From assembly GCF_902459465.1 (NCBI RefSeq), contig NC_047070.1, forward strand, positions 10,602,001 to 10,666,000: a stretch of 64,000 nucleotides of DNA. Direction: 5' to 3'. Each line of letters opens with the position of its first letter. Within the stretch, counting starts at the first letter, position 1. Under the pieces are notes generated by a model that ran no database searches, was not told where the DNA came from, and was given only the letters and a program-made list of their open reading frames with translations. This DNA is from Asterias rubens (taxonomy: Eukaryota). This document shows positions 36,001-45,233 of the stretch, piece by piece. A program made the translations under genes and the position numbers.

Positions 36001-39000
36001 TTCAGCTGAATTGCACTTAACAACTTAGTGACTTTTGTGGAGCAATAAACATTATATGCATAAGTGATCTTAGATCACTCATGCTGTTACGAACTTGTAG
36101 AAGTGTGATTGATCATGGATTGATACAACACCTTTGTATGCTGTCCCTATATGTTTGCATAGATCTATGTTTTGTTATGCGAACAAGGTACTGAGGGGGA
36201 CAAACAAAACCAAAAACGTACACCCACCAAAAAAACTGTGTTATCTCACAGTGTCAGATCTCCAGGATAAATTAACTGAAGTCAACAGCTATTTTTACTT
36301 TGCAATTGCCATTTCAGTGAGCATTTCTATGTAATATCATATACCGACCTCTGTGGTAATGTTTGCTTTACCCAAAGTTTGTTTATCTTTATATTTAGGC
36401 CTACCACTTAGTATCCAGGTATCAAACAAAGGTCACTGGGTCAAACTTATTCCACTCCCACCATTTTTCATTATACAGTGATGTACATGGTGCACTTTCT
36501 CCTTATGTGTGTAGAGGTGAAAAGATGGCTTCAAACCTTGTAAGAATTTTGTTAGTCATGTAAGCAGGGCATTAATTGGGGTCAAACAAACATGGGGTCA
36601 AGCCATGGTCAAACCAAGGTAAACGGTTAAAGCATGTTAAAGCATGGAGGAAAATTAATTCTTCCTCCATGGTTAAAGCATGGAGCTATGTGATACTATC
36701 ACACTATTAACTCCAGACCAGATTTGTGTTTTTTGGGACAGGAGTCTTGTTTGAGCTGGTAAAGAAATGTCCACATTCGACAAAACATTACGAAAGACCT
36801 TCAAACAAAACAATGCAAATCTTGGTACACCTTAAATACTGGTAGGAACATGAATGCCAGCAGTGTAAAACTAAAATGTATAGGTCTCTCCTTGCAGAAT
36901 TTTATGTAATTTCCCAATGCTCTACACCCCATCGATAAACTGATCCAATTCTAAGTTTTGACCCTGTGACATTTTGTAAATTGTATGCGAGCCAACATAA
37001 ACATTCACATCATAATTTTGTGCTGTGTGAGCAAGTACTTTGACATTTTATTTTTTAGACTAGATGATAAAGATGGTCTATTTAAAGCTTTTAACATTAT
37101 TTATGGGCAAGATCAGGTCAAAAAGCAATTATGTGATTCATTCCAGACTGCCAGTGTCGGAAAACAAATCAAGTGAAGCTGGTACTAATTTAATAGAAAA
37201 CTATCGACAAAAAACAGACAATTCTTTGAAATACCAGTTTGTAAAAAGATGGTCCATTGCATTGTACCATATTGTACAAAGACAAACATTGAGGGGCTAA
37301 AATCTTGGTATGGGAGCAAATATTTTTCTGATGTACATTGTAACTTTATTGGGATGTTATTTTTATAAAATACATAGTGCCTAGTGCGTTAGGTCAAAGA
37401 GTGGTTAGCATGGTTAGGAGAGTATATGAACATGGTGTGAATGAGACCTCTTCTTTCAATATGGATGCTTTTTTTGTGTTAAAAGTTAAACCTTAAACAC
37501 TGGCCTACAACATGTTTGACATATTTTGAAATTTAGAGCTTGCTTTTTAGAAATCAAACCAAACAATTTTACTGGGGAAAACTGTATGTTACACAAATGG
37601 TTTTATAACGCCCAACATTTAAGTTTTAACAGAATGCTTTTTCAGTAGATAAAATGAGTTCAAAATGTTCTCACCTGGTATGGAAAGAGTGTGTTTGTGT
37701 TAGCATCTGTTCTCTTCCCATCTGCTCTGGTGAACTCCAACCCTGGTGCTGTGTTCATCCCCGATGGATACTGCTGCTGCTGTCCATAGTGTTTTGCTGG
37801 CAGTGATGTGCTCCGCTGAAACTTGGGTGGCGAGATGATAGGGTTGGAAAGAACACGGCCTTTATGGGGTGAAATTGAGGGGTGGCTACCCGAGTGATTG
37901 GTAACGGTTGGCATGGAACGCCTCTGCTGCTGCTGCTGTTGCTGCTGCTGTTGCTGCTGCTGCATTTGGTTTGCAACTGATGGGGCCGGACCACTGGGTG
38001 GGGAGCCGACCGTCCCCCAAGGATTCCCTTGCTGCTGTTGTTGAACTGATGGCTGCATGCCCTGCTGTTGGTGTCCTTGCGGCGATGGCCATGATGTTGC
38101 TGCTGCTGTTTGTTGGGCAGCTGCCGAGTTCCAGTTTGCTGTGTACTGCTTGTTTTGGAGGTAAAGACTTCCAGCTTGAGCTTGCGCCTGCAGCTGAGCT
38201 TGGGCCTGTTGGAGCTGAGTCGCTGTCTGGTAGATGTTTTGTTGCTGTGTGGCTGCCTGGTGAGGGGGTAGGTTGCGCCGTTGCTGCTGCTGCTGGACAG
38301 CCTGCTGCTGCTGCATCCCAAGCTGTGGGGTTAATGTAGCCTGATTTGGACTAAAGAGTGGTGATGAGTTGCGTGGAAAGTTCTGAAACTGCATTGTGCC
38401 ATTCATGGTTGGCAGCCCCTGGCCCTGGAAATAAGATTCTTCCGCTGCTGTGGCAGTAGACCAGAGATTTTGGGAGCTTGAAAAACTGCTTGAACTTGCT
38501 ACCGAGTTTACTGCACTGTTACCCGAACTTGCTGCAACGTTGTTGATGTAGTTGCTGGGATTTACGTCCTGAATAAGCTGCTGTTGTTGCTGTTGTTGCT
38601 GCTGCTGTTGATGTGCTTGAGCCTGTGCATGGGCCTGAGCCTGTGCGTAGTAACCAATCTGATGCTGCAGTTGCAAGAGCCCAACTGCACCGGACGATGT
38701 TGCTGTGATGGGAGGTCCCTCTGACTGTGCTTTGTTCTTATCAGGAACAGTTAACGGACTCGAATCACCCGATTTCGACTTTGACCCGGGAGACAAGTCG
38801 TCCGAGTTGTCGGAGCTGAGATCTGGATTTGGCGATAGCTGCTGCAAATGCTGCTTACTGGCAGTTTTCTCCATCAGCATGTCATCTTGCATCGTTAGCG
38901 CCTCGGGAGAAAACAAAGACACGGTGCTCGAATTTGGGTACAATTCCAGCGGTGAGAGGGCCCTCGTATCGTGTGGATGAACATCCAAACCGAAATCCCC

Positions 39001-39003
39001 CAT
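2255..39003 (-). CDS. CPEB4: Cytoplasmic polyadenylation element-binding protein, CPEB2/3/4 (Orb2-like) subfamily. Whole-gene span; 8 confident coding exons give 775 aa, or 803 aa with two candidate small exons
   Basis: The exons join in frame through GT-AG introns and match vertebrate CPEB4 motifs (MGDFG start, [55 protein letters not shown], C-terminal ZZ domain). This is probably the single invertebrate pro-ortholog of CPEB2/3/4, so the symbol is approximate. Confidence 0.95.
2661..2999 (+). mobile_element. TTAA-flanked MITE (Kolobok-type, family A variant)
   Basis: TTAA-AGGGAAGG...GTGCCT-TTAA; the internal sequence recurs at 63154-63513. Confidence 0.75.
3600..3892 (+). mobile_element. 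Kolobok-type MITE family A, internally deleted copy
   Basis: Starts GGCAGTGGACACTATTGGTAA and shares the family body. Confidence 0.75.
5808..5989 (-). CDS. CPEB4: CPEB exon, RRM2 ([13 protein letters not shown]...QHGDIDKR)
   Basis: Acceptor ctctccgtttcag|TT, donor CGA|gtaagt. 182 nt. Confidence 0.97.
8336..8450 (-). CDS. CPEB4: CPEB exon, RRM1/RRM2 linker ([38 protein letters not shown])
   Basis: Not in the ORF track; translated by eye. Acceptor ctctcttcttccag|GTC, donor A|gtaagt. 115 nt. Confidence 0.97.
8575..8946 (+). mobile_element. Kolobok-type MITE family A, full copy
   Basis: TIR AGGCAGTGGACACTATTGGTAATT at both ends and TTAA TSD. Confidence 0.85.
10525..10643 (-). CDS. CPEB4: CPEB exon, RRM1 ([40 protein letters not shown])
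   Basis: Acceptor ctccctatag|GT, donor CCG|gtaagt. 119 nt. Confidence 0.97.
12031..12120 (-). CDS. CPEB4: CPEB exon, RRM1 (EEITASFRRFGSLVVDWPHKAESKSYFPPK)
   Basis: Acceptor tttttttgcag|AG, donor G|gtaaaa. 90 nt, near-identical to vertebrate CPEB2-4. Confidence 0.97.
13040..13180 (-). mobile_element. Decayed tRNA-derived SINE
   Basis: B-box-like GGTTTGAATCCCACC preceded by a decayed A box on the minus strand. Confidence 0.5.
13382..13603 (+). repeat. Split direct repeat A1 (222 bp, 5' terminus)
   Basis: Identical by eye to 14339-14560. Contains TATATAAA at 13514-13521. Confidence 0.95.
13614..14900 (+). CDS. Retrotransposon gag-like ORF1, two exons (13614-14151 + 14605-14900), 277 aa, with CCHC zinc knuckle
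   Basis: Donor CGA G|gtaaaa and acceptor ttttttctcattatacattttag|GC join in frame: ...RSLFR-G-MPNDVCFSCRMPGHWAREC... Intron 14152-14604 is 453 bp. Confidence 0.8.
14195..14338 (+). repeat. Split direct repeat B1 (144 bp, internal)
   Basis: Identical by eye to 18406-18549 and directly abuts A2. Confidence 0.95.
14339..14560 (+). repeat. Split direct repeat A2 (222 bp, internal)
   Basis: Copy of A1, with TATATAAA at 14471-14478. Confidence 0.95.
14614..16905 (+). CDS. Retrotransposon pol: reverse transcriptase + RNase H + DNA N6-adenine methyltransferase-like domain, 763 aa, uninterrupted
   Basis: RT motifs DLKSGYHH, LPFGLSSAP and YLDD; RNase H GDAS / REL / TDS; MT-like DCFAS...RFFSRFWNP...VDALAQDW...LVPP...PWWPSSPFWP. 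Overlaps gag exon 2 in the +1 frame. Confidence 0.93.
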   Translation: MMCVSAAECLATGPGSVPTQQAPHCHTESDPELRRLFPLDTTLSTPEVCRFHGKLPPFIEQGTTSYQQLREPRPQAHSSPQSQLQRHQRQAQASLKVASLSHKFADVLEVRCDYQDSSIKNLISDKVNVKGRLRAHSQFWFHIGASSMVLSVINEGYRIPFITSPPSMFFKNNKSAIKEDSFVTETISELLSSGRIEEKLNPSFVVNPLSVAYQASGKRRLILDLINVNEYVPKMHFKLDDWKVGLQFLSKNAYLFSFDLKSGYHHIDISSDYQKYLGFSWIINNVRRYFEFTVLPFGLSSAPLLFTKMMKPLVTHWRSCGILIALYLDDGFVVVPASCDNNTNDFHIASKISQHVKVDLIRSGLVYNMDKSCWNPVNQIVWLGMHWDSVEGTLRVSQRRVDKILRTINELTSADVVTIRKLHSFVGQIISLGPVVGNLTRLSTRNCQVKISQAHHEDDIIKLDNLCLSEIEFWKSNASKRNVRYLFVSTRVNKIVCGDASAVGSGAILCNDIHTAHKNWTEVEAKRSSTWRELDTILFAISSFLPIVSNSQLKIFTDSQSAARIVEVGSMKVDLHSLAIDIFNICINNNVRLEVEWIPRTMNDKADFVSRLIDLDDWMISDKFFSIINDTWGPFSVDCFASYYNAKVSRFFSRFWNPNTAGVDALAQDWSKENCLLVPPVLLIPSVLRHLYLCKGRGALVFPWWPSSPFWPLLWSCYRTWITGMITLEGSDILELGNNKNSYLGSDTFTSPVCAIYIDCTEI
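16964..17981 (+). CDS. Tyrosine recombinase (phage integrase family), with a 1-nt frameshift in a T7 run at 17095-17101
   Basis: Catalytic residues R (LFRHDE), K (RSKTD), HxxR (LHSMR), H/W (QHGRW) and Y (NRYI). The N-terminal part (VIRSQDFWSSF...LLAKAESTLNSY...RDFF) lies in another frame, starts at a splice acceptor and has no ATG. Confidence 0.88.
18003..18060 (+). repeat. A58 homopolymer inside the retrotransposon, just after the YR stop
   Basis: Directly visible run of 58 A. Confidence 0.95.
18406..18549 (+). repeat. Split direct repeat B2 (144 bp, 3' terminus)
   Basis: Copy of B1. Contains ATTAAA at 18440-18445. Confidence 0.95.
18662..19041 (-). mobile_element. Kolobok-type MITE family A, reverse orientation
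   Basis: Same TIRs and TTAA TSD; body reversed relative to the 8575 copy. Confidence 0.85.
19330..19479 (-). CDS. CPEB4: CPEB exon: start of RRM1 (DGLLDDGRHDQ...[14 protein letters not shown])
   Basis: Acceptor ttaattgcag|AT, donor G|gtgggt. 150 nt, phase 1 to 1. Confidence 0.95.
21315..21694. mobile_element. TTAA-flanked, almost fully palindromic MITE
   Basis: AGGAACACGTTGCCTTGGATCGGTCGAGTTGGTC at the left end and its reverse complement at the right. Arms pair over most of the length. TTAA on both sides. Confidence 0.88.
23841..23862 (-). CDS. Candidate CPEB 22-nt microexon (ENPHSCE+G)
   Basis: Strong acceptor ttgtgttccttcacttag|G and strong donor AGG|gtatgt. Read phase 0 to 1 it gives ...SCE-D-GLLDD, matching vertebrate ...PME-D-GFLDD. 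Confidence 0.5.
25961..26510 (+). mobile_element. Interspersed hairpin-bearing repeat (family F), copy 1
   Basis: Homologous to 48205-48913 (reverse) and 63940-64000. Internal 118-bp hairpin at 25985-26102 centred on ACCGAGACGAAGTCGAGGT. Confidence 0.8.
29493..29942. mobile_element. TIR MITE with 8-9 bp TSD (MULE- or hAT-like)
   Basis: TIR GGTCCTACTACTTGCCGTCAACTCGCCGTCAACTC; direct repeat AACATTTA on both flanks (29485-29492, 29943-29950). Confidence 0.8.
30154..30215 (-). CDS. Candidate CPEB variable-region exon (62 nt, YHLPKTPVQKILNSDIGDRGR)
   Basis: Strong acceptor gtcactctttttcag|AT and an open frame from phase 1. The donor AGG|gtggcg (phase 0) is weak. Restores frame only together with the 22-nt exon at 23841-23862. 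Confidence 0.4.
32794..32911 (-). CDS. CPEB4: CPEB coding exon 2 (ERAGHNAGVDPMKLSSLEHQLFDIMRGTEHPMEHYSRNS)
   Basis: Acceptor ttattgcag|GAA, donor T|gtaagt. SLEHQLFDIMR resembles the CPEB4 SLESSLIDIMR motif. 118 nt, phase 0 to 1. Confidence 0.9.
33182..33267 (-). mobile_element. tRNA-derived SINE head
   Basis: A box (TAGTGTAGTTGATAAG) and B box (GGTTCGAATCCC) on the minus strand; acceptor and anticodon stems do not pair. Confidence 0.7.
34273..34409. mobile_element. Small PIF/Harbinger-like MITE
   Basis: TIR GGGTCGATTTC / GAAATCGACCC with a 3-bp CAG TSD. Confidence 0.7.
37675..39003 (-). CDS. CPEB4: CPEB coding exon 1: Q/S-rich low-complexity N-terminal domain, 443 codons
   Basis: ATG at 39003 (MGDFGLDV..., MQDDMLMEK...QQLSPNP resembles the CPEB4 N-terminus). 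Ends CAG|gtgaga, phase 0. Confidence 0.93.
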
Positions 39004-39852
39004 TTAGTGAGAGCTATGCGGCTACGGTGAACCAAAATTTCCACGTTTAAATATTTTTCTTCCTACTTCAAATTATGATCAGATTGGCTGGCTGATGTAG
39101 TAACCTCTCGAGCCCAGCTGTTCACCGTGCAGCCGCTGCGTTCGTGTACGTGCAACACACCACTGTACCTGCCTCACACGGAATCTGTATGGTTGGTATG
39201 CTGTTGATGCATGAAAAACTTGCACTAAAAATTTGAGTCCGGAGTTTCTCAGGCCACCGGCAAATTGTGTACGGACATCCACCATGTACACACACACGGC
39301 TGAAAACCACCAGCAGTAAAAAGCAGTGACGTTGAGTGGCGGTTTCTTTTACCCCAACTACGTCTAAACATGGAAGCAATATTTTCCCTTTCTATGAGAT
39401 ATTGAACTTAAATTTTCCCAAAATAACTTAAACTTGTGATAAAAGGTTATGTATTCTATCAAAATTTAAGGTACAAATTGAGAAAATCTCCAACATTTCT
39501 TATTTTCGAATATAAGAATTCGTGGTCACCACTAAGGGTAGTAGAAACAGACAGCGGTCACGAGCGAGCGGCAACGGGACAGCTGCTACTGTCTCACATA
39601 CAGCTGACGAGAGGGCGCTTTGTCCACAAAAGAGTTTCATGAATGGCTAGCGTAGAGGGGGGACAATAATACAACCAAGTTTGGGTTTCCCTTTGTAAAA
39701 ACCTGCTCGTGCCATAGGTGGGTTCTTTTTATTGTCTGTTCGTCGATAAATAACCGTCACAATAAGAAAAGGCGCCAAAGTGAGCCGTAAGCCAGTTTTG
39801 TAGTCCTTTATGCTTAAGTGTCACTAAATCGTGGGCTCTGTGATCTGCTTAC

Positions 39853-40040
39853 CGGCACTAGTCGGATCTAATTCTCCAGTGTTAAGGACTTTTGGTGAAG
39901 TTTTCTGTGTCTACTCCAGCCGTTACTAATCTAAGTTAAAGACAAATCCCTTCATCTAGTTTTCTTTTAGTTTCCCTATTCCCCAATGACATGCCAGTAG
40001 CTTATTTTGACATCAGGGTGACGTATCGGTTTCCTCCACA
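39853..40040 (-). other. Possible non-coding 5' exon of CPEB
   Basis: Strong minus-strand donor CCG|gtaagc at 39853/39852 in a CpG-richer region. The upstream boundary is a guess. Confidence 0.3.
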
Positions 40041-40680
40041 GACGGTATTCAGAACTTCAATATTAAAAGGGGTATACTTTTCAATCAGAATTGACTTTAA
40101 ACAACAGGAACTTGTTCGTTTCTTTTAAATTTAAATCTAGAATTTACCGCATTTCTCCAAATACCTCATTTGTTATTTTGGGGTTCATTTCATGAATGTG
40201 TTGGACTTCGTGTGGCTCACAATCGGCATTTCCGTGACTTGAAGTTCAAATACACATTGATTTTGAATGACACTCATGCATGGTGTTTGTTGTGTCAAAC
40301 TCAAAGCGTGGTAAAAAAAAAAAAAACAAGTATGGAGCGTTTGTTTTCTTTCTTCTTTTTTGAGAATGTAATCCCGGTGCCTCCCGTGAAAAGTCGAATA
40401 CCCGAACAAAGCTCAGTGATTGACTTTCAAAAATACAGTGCTGGTGCCCTGATTTTTAGAAGAATTGGAAAGAAAGACAAAAACAACGCTGATTGATATT
40501 TTTATGACTAGAGCCGCTCCAAACCAATTAACTAATTCGCGACAGGTGAGACAAAAAAACACAAGAATGTGTGTCATCTATTGGACCATTCAGCTCGTCT
40601 GTTCGCGTGGCCGGCACGCGACCTATTACGGGGTTGACAAAGACCTACCAGACGTTTTGAAAAAGTAGTTGGCGAGTCGA
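40040..40680. promoter_or_regulatory. Putative bidirectional promoter between CPEB and MARCH5
   Basis: Lies between the 5' ends of the divergent genes. CCAAT/ATTGG motifs near 40523 and 40579 and local CpG enrichment. TSS positions are inferred, not seen. Confidence 0.4.
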
Positions 40681-40920
40681 GTGAAAGTAACAAAGCGTGC
40701 AAAATCACAAAGAAAGAATAATGAGCACAGAGGGGCAAAAAACGAAGGTACCCTGCAGTGCTATATGTTTGTCGTCGGGTCGCGGTACGTAAATAACTTT
40801 GTTCAGCGGTGAACAAGAGAAACAAAAATGAAGGAAAAAGAGGAGGAATCACGAGGAAGGACAAAGAAGTTATGGCCTTCGGGCCTCAGCACGTGTGGAT
40901 GGTGTAGTCTCAATGTGGAG
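40680..40920 (+). other. Probable MARCH5 non-coding (5' UTR) exon 1
   Basis: Strong donor GAG|gtatgt at 40920/40921. The next strong plus-strand acceptor seen is ttatttcctttttatag at 49017. The start is approximate. Confidence 0.5.
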
Positions 40921-41487
40921 GTATGTGTGGTCCCTTTATACATGACCATATAAAGAGGGTGCTTTATCAGCTGTTATGGTTAACTTCAAACACAGTATCA
41001 TGGACAAAATACATACTTTTAAGGTTTCCTGACGTATCAGGAATTTCGGAAATTATTTAAAAATTATCTGAGAGCTATAGTAGTCAAGCTGATATCGGCA
41101 TTTTGGCTTCGACAGTTTTTTCAAAAGATTAGTAAAACTGGAACAAGTGCAAACTAATAATGACATGGACATTCTTGTTTCTATTATTTTTATTTGGAAA
41201 ATAATATGCTGAATGAAATCGCTTGTAAACAATATGATATTATAAGAATCCTACGAGTTTATTTTACACAGTAGGAAAATGGCTGCTTTAAATCATAATT
41301 TTAGTCACAGGTATTTTTTCACCAGATATAGGGCATAATGTGACCCGTGCAAGAAAAACATTGTGTTTTCTTTCGTCGATGAAAAGGGATCGATTTAGTA
41401 CATCTGTTAAAGTACAACTGTTATACAAACTGTTCACCTAGCTGTTAATGCCTAAATAGCCCCTGTGCGTTTAAGTTCAAAATGATA

Positions 41488-41489
<2 letters not shown>

Positions 41490-41518
<29 letters not shown>

Positions 41519-41525
41519 AGATAAG
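41490..41525. repeat. (ATAAG)n pentanucleotide microsatellite
   Basis: Directly visible. Confidence 0.9.
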
Positions 41526-41895
41526 AAAGAACTTTATTATCCCACACAGGGGAAATTAAAACTGGCCATGATTCAAACAGTACAGACAAAAACGCTTAAA
41601 ATTATTTAACAACAAACAGATAGATAAAAATATTAATTAATTAAGAATATCAGGTAGAAAAATATGTATCTAGCATGGATTAAAAATGCACAGCAATATT
41701 TATATACAAGGTAAAATGTACACAAGAGAAGTCCTTAAAACCGACAACGCATAAAACACAGCAGACTTAAGGGCCAAATACTAAGTTCATCTGAAATTAT
41801 CTATGGCATTTTGTTGTAAATGCTGTTGACGTTGTTGTTGCTTTTACTATGCTCAACTTGTATTGGCATGGTGCTCTTCCCATTGTTTTCTTTAA

Positions 41896-42247
41896 AGCCA
41901 TTGGACCCTTTCGGTAAACAGTAATGTACAAGGCCCACACTTCGTGTATTACAACTTCTTTATAAAAATAACAAACCTGTAAAAATTTAGGCTCAATCGG
42001 TCATCGGAGTCGGGAGAAAATAACGGGAAAACCCACCCTTGTTTCCGCACGTTTCGCCGTGTCATGATCTGTAATTCTCAATTATCGAGAATTGATATTG
42101 TTTTAATGGTTTCTCAAAATATCAAAGCATTTCATGGAATAATATTTCAAGAGAAGTCTTCCACCTTACCTTCTGTAAACCCTTTAAGTTATTTGTAAAT
42201 CTGTGATCTTTTACAAAAAAATTCTGTACCGAAAATGTCCAATGGCT
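41896..42247 (+). mobile_element. Kolobok-type MITE family D
   Basis: TIR AGCCATTGGACCCTTTCGGT, TTAA on the left; the family recurs four times. Confidence 0.82.
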
Positions 42248-43509
42248 TGAAAAATAATCCTTTTGCCTGCAAAATACCTTTTGTCGAAAGGATAAAAATA
42301 AAGATATACCAAGAGCAAACAGGCCGCCAACATTCATGGCAAAACAAAGGACATGTCAACAACATTAATGATGGGTTTTATTTTCATTTTCCCAAACACA
42401 CAATGGTCATTTCATGTGAAGTTTTTACAACATTCTATTCAAACAACACACTGACAAAAGATAATGTATGTTGATTGGTTTAAAAAAAGTGGTGCTGAAT
42501 GTACAGCTGCTGTCGTGGGACGCACGACCTCGCAAGAGACAAAAGTTTGCTCTGGACAGGTGCACGGCATGCGGGGCTCGAGCCGCACTTATCGGCTATG
42601 GGGGTGCACTGATATAAGTGCAGACTGGACATCATTGTGTTCTTTCAACAACAATATATTTTCAAAAAACCTCGACAGGTGTGGTTGCACTTTGTTATGA
42701 CCACAAACTTACTTTACTCATGGTAAAACTTGTTTTGAGGGACTAAAATGCACAAACATGGCAGTGTGATATGGATAGTAAATGATGTTAAATTAATTTG
42801 AAGGAAAGTGTTTGGTTCGTGAAGCTTTCGGACTTTTAAATGATTATCAACGACCTTACGAATGACCTTACGAATCTTACAACATCACAGAGCCTCAAAG
42901 CGCCTTTTCCGACAAAATCAAAGCGCTATAAAATGAGCAAACCAATGGAACTATGCATGCGCAACATAACTTTTTTTTTTAAACAAATAAGTTGCGAGAT
43001 TTCTTGAATTGGCAGATTTACAGTTTCTAATCTGAGAATGTTACACATTTTGGGAAGCAACATTTATGTGAAAGTCCGGTTGTGAGCAGATGAAAGTGTT
43101 CTGGGCACAGTTTTACAAAAAAAATTGTTAACCATGAAATTTCTTCCCTGATAACAACGGGCGAATACCATCAAAATTTCCACGTGATTTTCAGGATCAG
43201 CAAACAACAGCTGAATACCAGTAACAAGCGAAATGCAACCAATAATTGTGTTTTAACTATTTATTCTGATTGAGCATACATACATACAAAACCGGCTAAA
43301 AGACAATAAAATAAAGATAAACAAAAATAGAACACAAGAGCTACATTTTTGCCGCCATTAAATTATTATTCATAACGTAAATACTTTGGACAGGTGTACA
43401 GCCGTAGGGTAGGCCTATTGAAATAGTTATCAAGTGTCGCCGATGTCAGGGTATGTATGCGGCCTGGCAACGATCCGACGCACACCAAAAATACTGCAAT
43501 GAAAGAGAC

Positions 43510-43930
43510 CTTTTACTCAAAATAACTATCAGCCTAAAACCCTACTTGGTAACGAGAAATAGGGAGAGGTTGAAAGTATCAAACTTTGTGAGAAACAGCT
43601 CCTTCTGTAGTTGCGATAACGTAACCCTCCTCCCGACGGCCGCCAGGAGGAGGGTTACGTTACCGCAACTACCTCTGAAGTGACGTAGTTTTCGAGAAAG
43701 AAGTAATTTTCCACGAATTTGATTTCGAGACCTCAAGTTTATAATTTCTCGAAATCAAGCATATGAAAGCACACAACTTCGTTTGACAATTTGTTTCTTC
43801 TTTTATAGTTATCTCGCAACTCCGACGACCAATCAAACTAAAATTTTCACAGAATTGTTTTTTTTGCATAATGTTGCACCAAGTGGGAAGACTGGATTTT
43901 GACAATATTACCAATAGTGTCCAGCGTCTT
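43510..43930 (+). mobile_element. Family A MITE (left end decayed) carrying a nested 66-bp hairpin insert
   Basis: Family A body interrupted at 43607-43672. Confidence 0.75.
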
Positions 43931-45104
43931 TTTTATGGTCTATGCACAGGTAGGAAGAAAAAACCCCGATAATAATTGTATCTGTTCACCGATGTTAAAA
44001 CCCAAACTAATAAATTATAAGGCTCAGCACAAGGCCTCCATCCATGGTCATAACTTAGCCATCATCCACCATGGATGTGGAACTCCATAAAAAAATCAGA
44101 CCATACGAAAGTACCCATTAAGATGGGTACTTTCGTATGGTCTGATTTGTTCTCAGTCGAATGGGGGCGCTACATACATTTATAGGACTATTCTATTGAT
44201 TAATAGGTGAATATTTTATGTCAACTGATCTTAGCTAATTTATATGTACTTATACAGCACAAGCTTATGCAAAGCAGCAATTTAAAAACTAATTTTATTC
44301 TTCATAAACATTAAATAAGTGTTGCCAAATGAGAAATTTAACTTCATAGTGTGTAAAAAAGTGTTTGTGGAAGTATTGAATTCCTATGTTAACATGAAAG
44401 AATCCAGTTAGCAGGAGACGCCGCCATCTTGTTTTAAAGTCCAATAATTGCATGCATTGCGAAGGTCAACAATATTTTAGGCGAATTTGCTCGAGTTGCA
44501 AGCTCAATCTCCACCGCAATTTGATTGAGGATAGCGTATTCTACAGAGTCTACTTGATGTAAGTTGTCAGCTTTAATGTTAAATTTCGTTGAAATTTCGT
44601 CACACAAACAACCTCACAGCTGCTGCACAAAGTACAACGAACGGATTGTTCGGGATAAAAACCAAAAAATAAATTGTTATTATCACCGATGCAAACTTAA
44701 CTTAACTCTAAGTATTAATGTTTGTGGGTCAACGTCATCAGTTAACATTAAATTCAATATTCAATCATTGTTTGTTGTTCGTATTTATGTTGTTATTTCC
44801 TGAACGAAAGAAATTTTGATTTGTTTGAGACTTGAAAATTGATTCTTGAATTGAATTGACAGACATGACAGCAAACTGTTGTGTTTAGTTACGTTATTTT
44901 TCTCTCTTTTTTTTTCTGGATGTATAATGCGGTAACCCTTCTTCTCAGGTAAGAAAAAAATTCAGTGGTTTTGGAGTTAATTAACGCGGATAAATTGGTG
45001 GCGACGTCCGGAAGATTATCCATGTCAAAATCCAATAGTGGTCAGTCAAAAAATCTTGAAGAGGTGCGTCGAGGTACGTCATGTTCCGTCGATGTCCATT
45101 TCGG

Positions 45105-45233
45105 AAAAGTTTCCGTATGGCGCCACCACTTTTTCATTTGATATGAAATAATATAGTATCTAATTTACCTCATTGAGATATCCTTTTCGGTAAAAATGAG
45201 TGAAAAAGTGGTGGCGCCATATGGAAAGTTATC
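45105..45233 (+). mobile_element. About 125-bp hairpin MITE; inverted second copy at 46691-46810
   Basis: TATGGCGCCACCACTTTTTCA ... TGAAAAAGTGGTGGCGCCATA. Confidence 0.72.

Noticed and set aside
2480-37674. CPEB3-type HDV-like self-cleaving ribozyme in a CPEB intron, as in mammals
   Set aside because: By-eye checks of GC-rich minus-strand candidates (about 22900-22990 and 31900-31980) did not give a complete P1-P2-P3-P1.1-P4 nested pseudoknot. An Infernal search with the CPEB3/HDV-like ribozyme models would be decisive.
37755-39050. Overlapping and antisense ORFs over CPEB exon 1 (poly-Ala and poly-Ser frames)
   Set aside because: They are shadows of the CAG/CAA repeats in the real coding frame.
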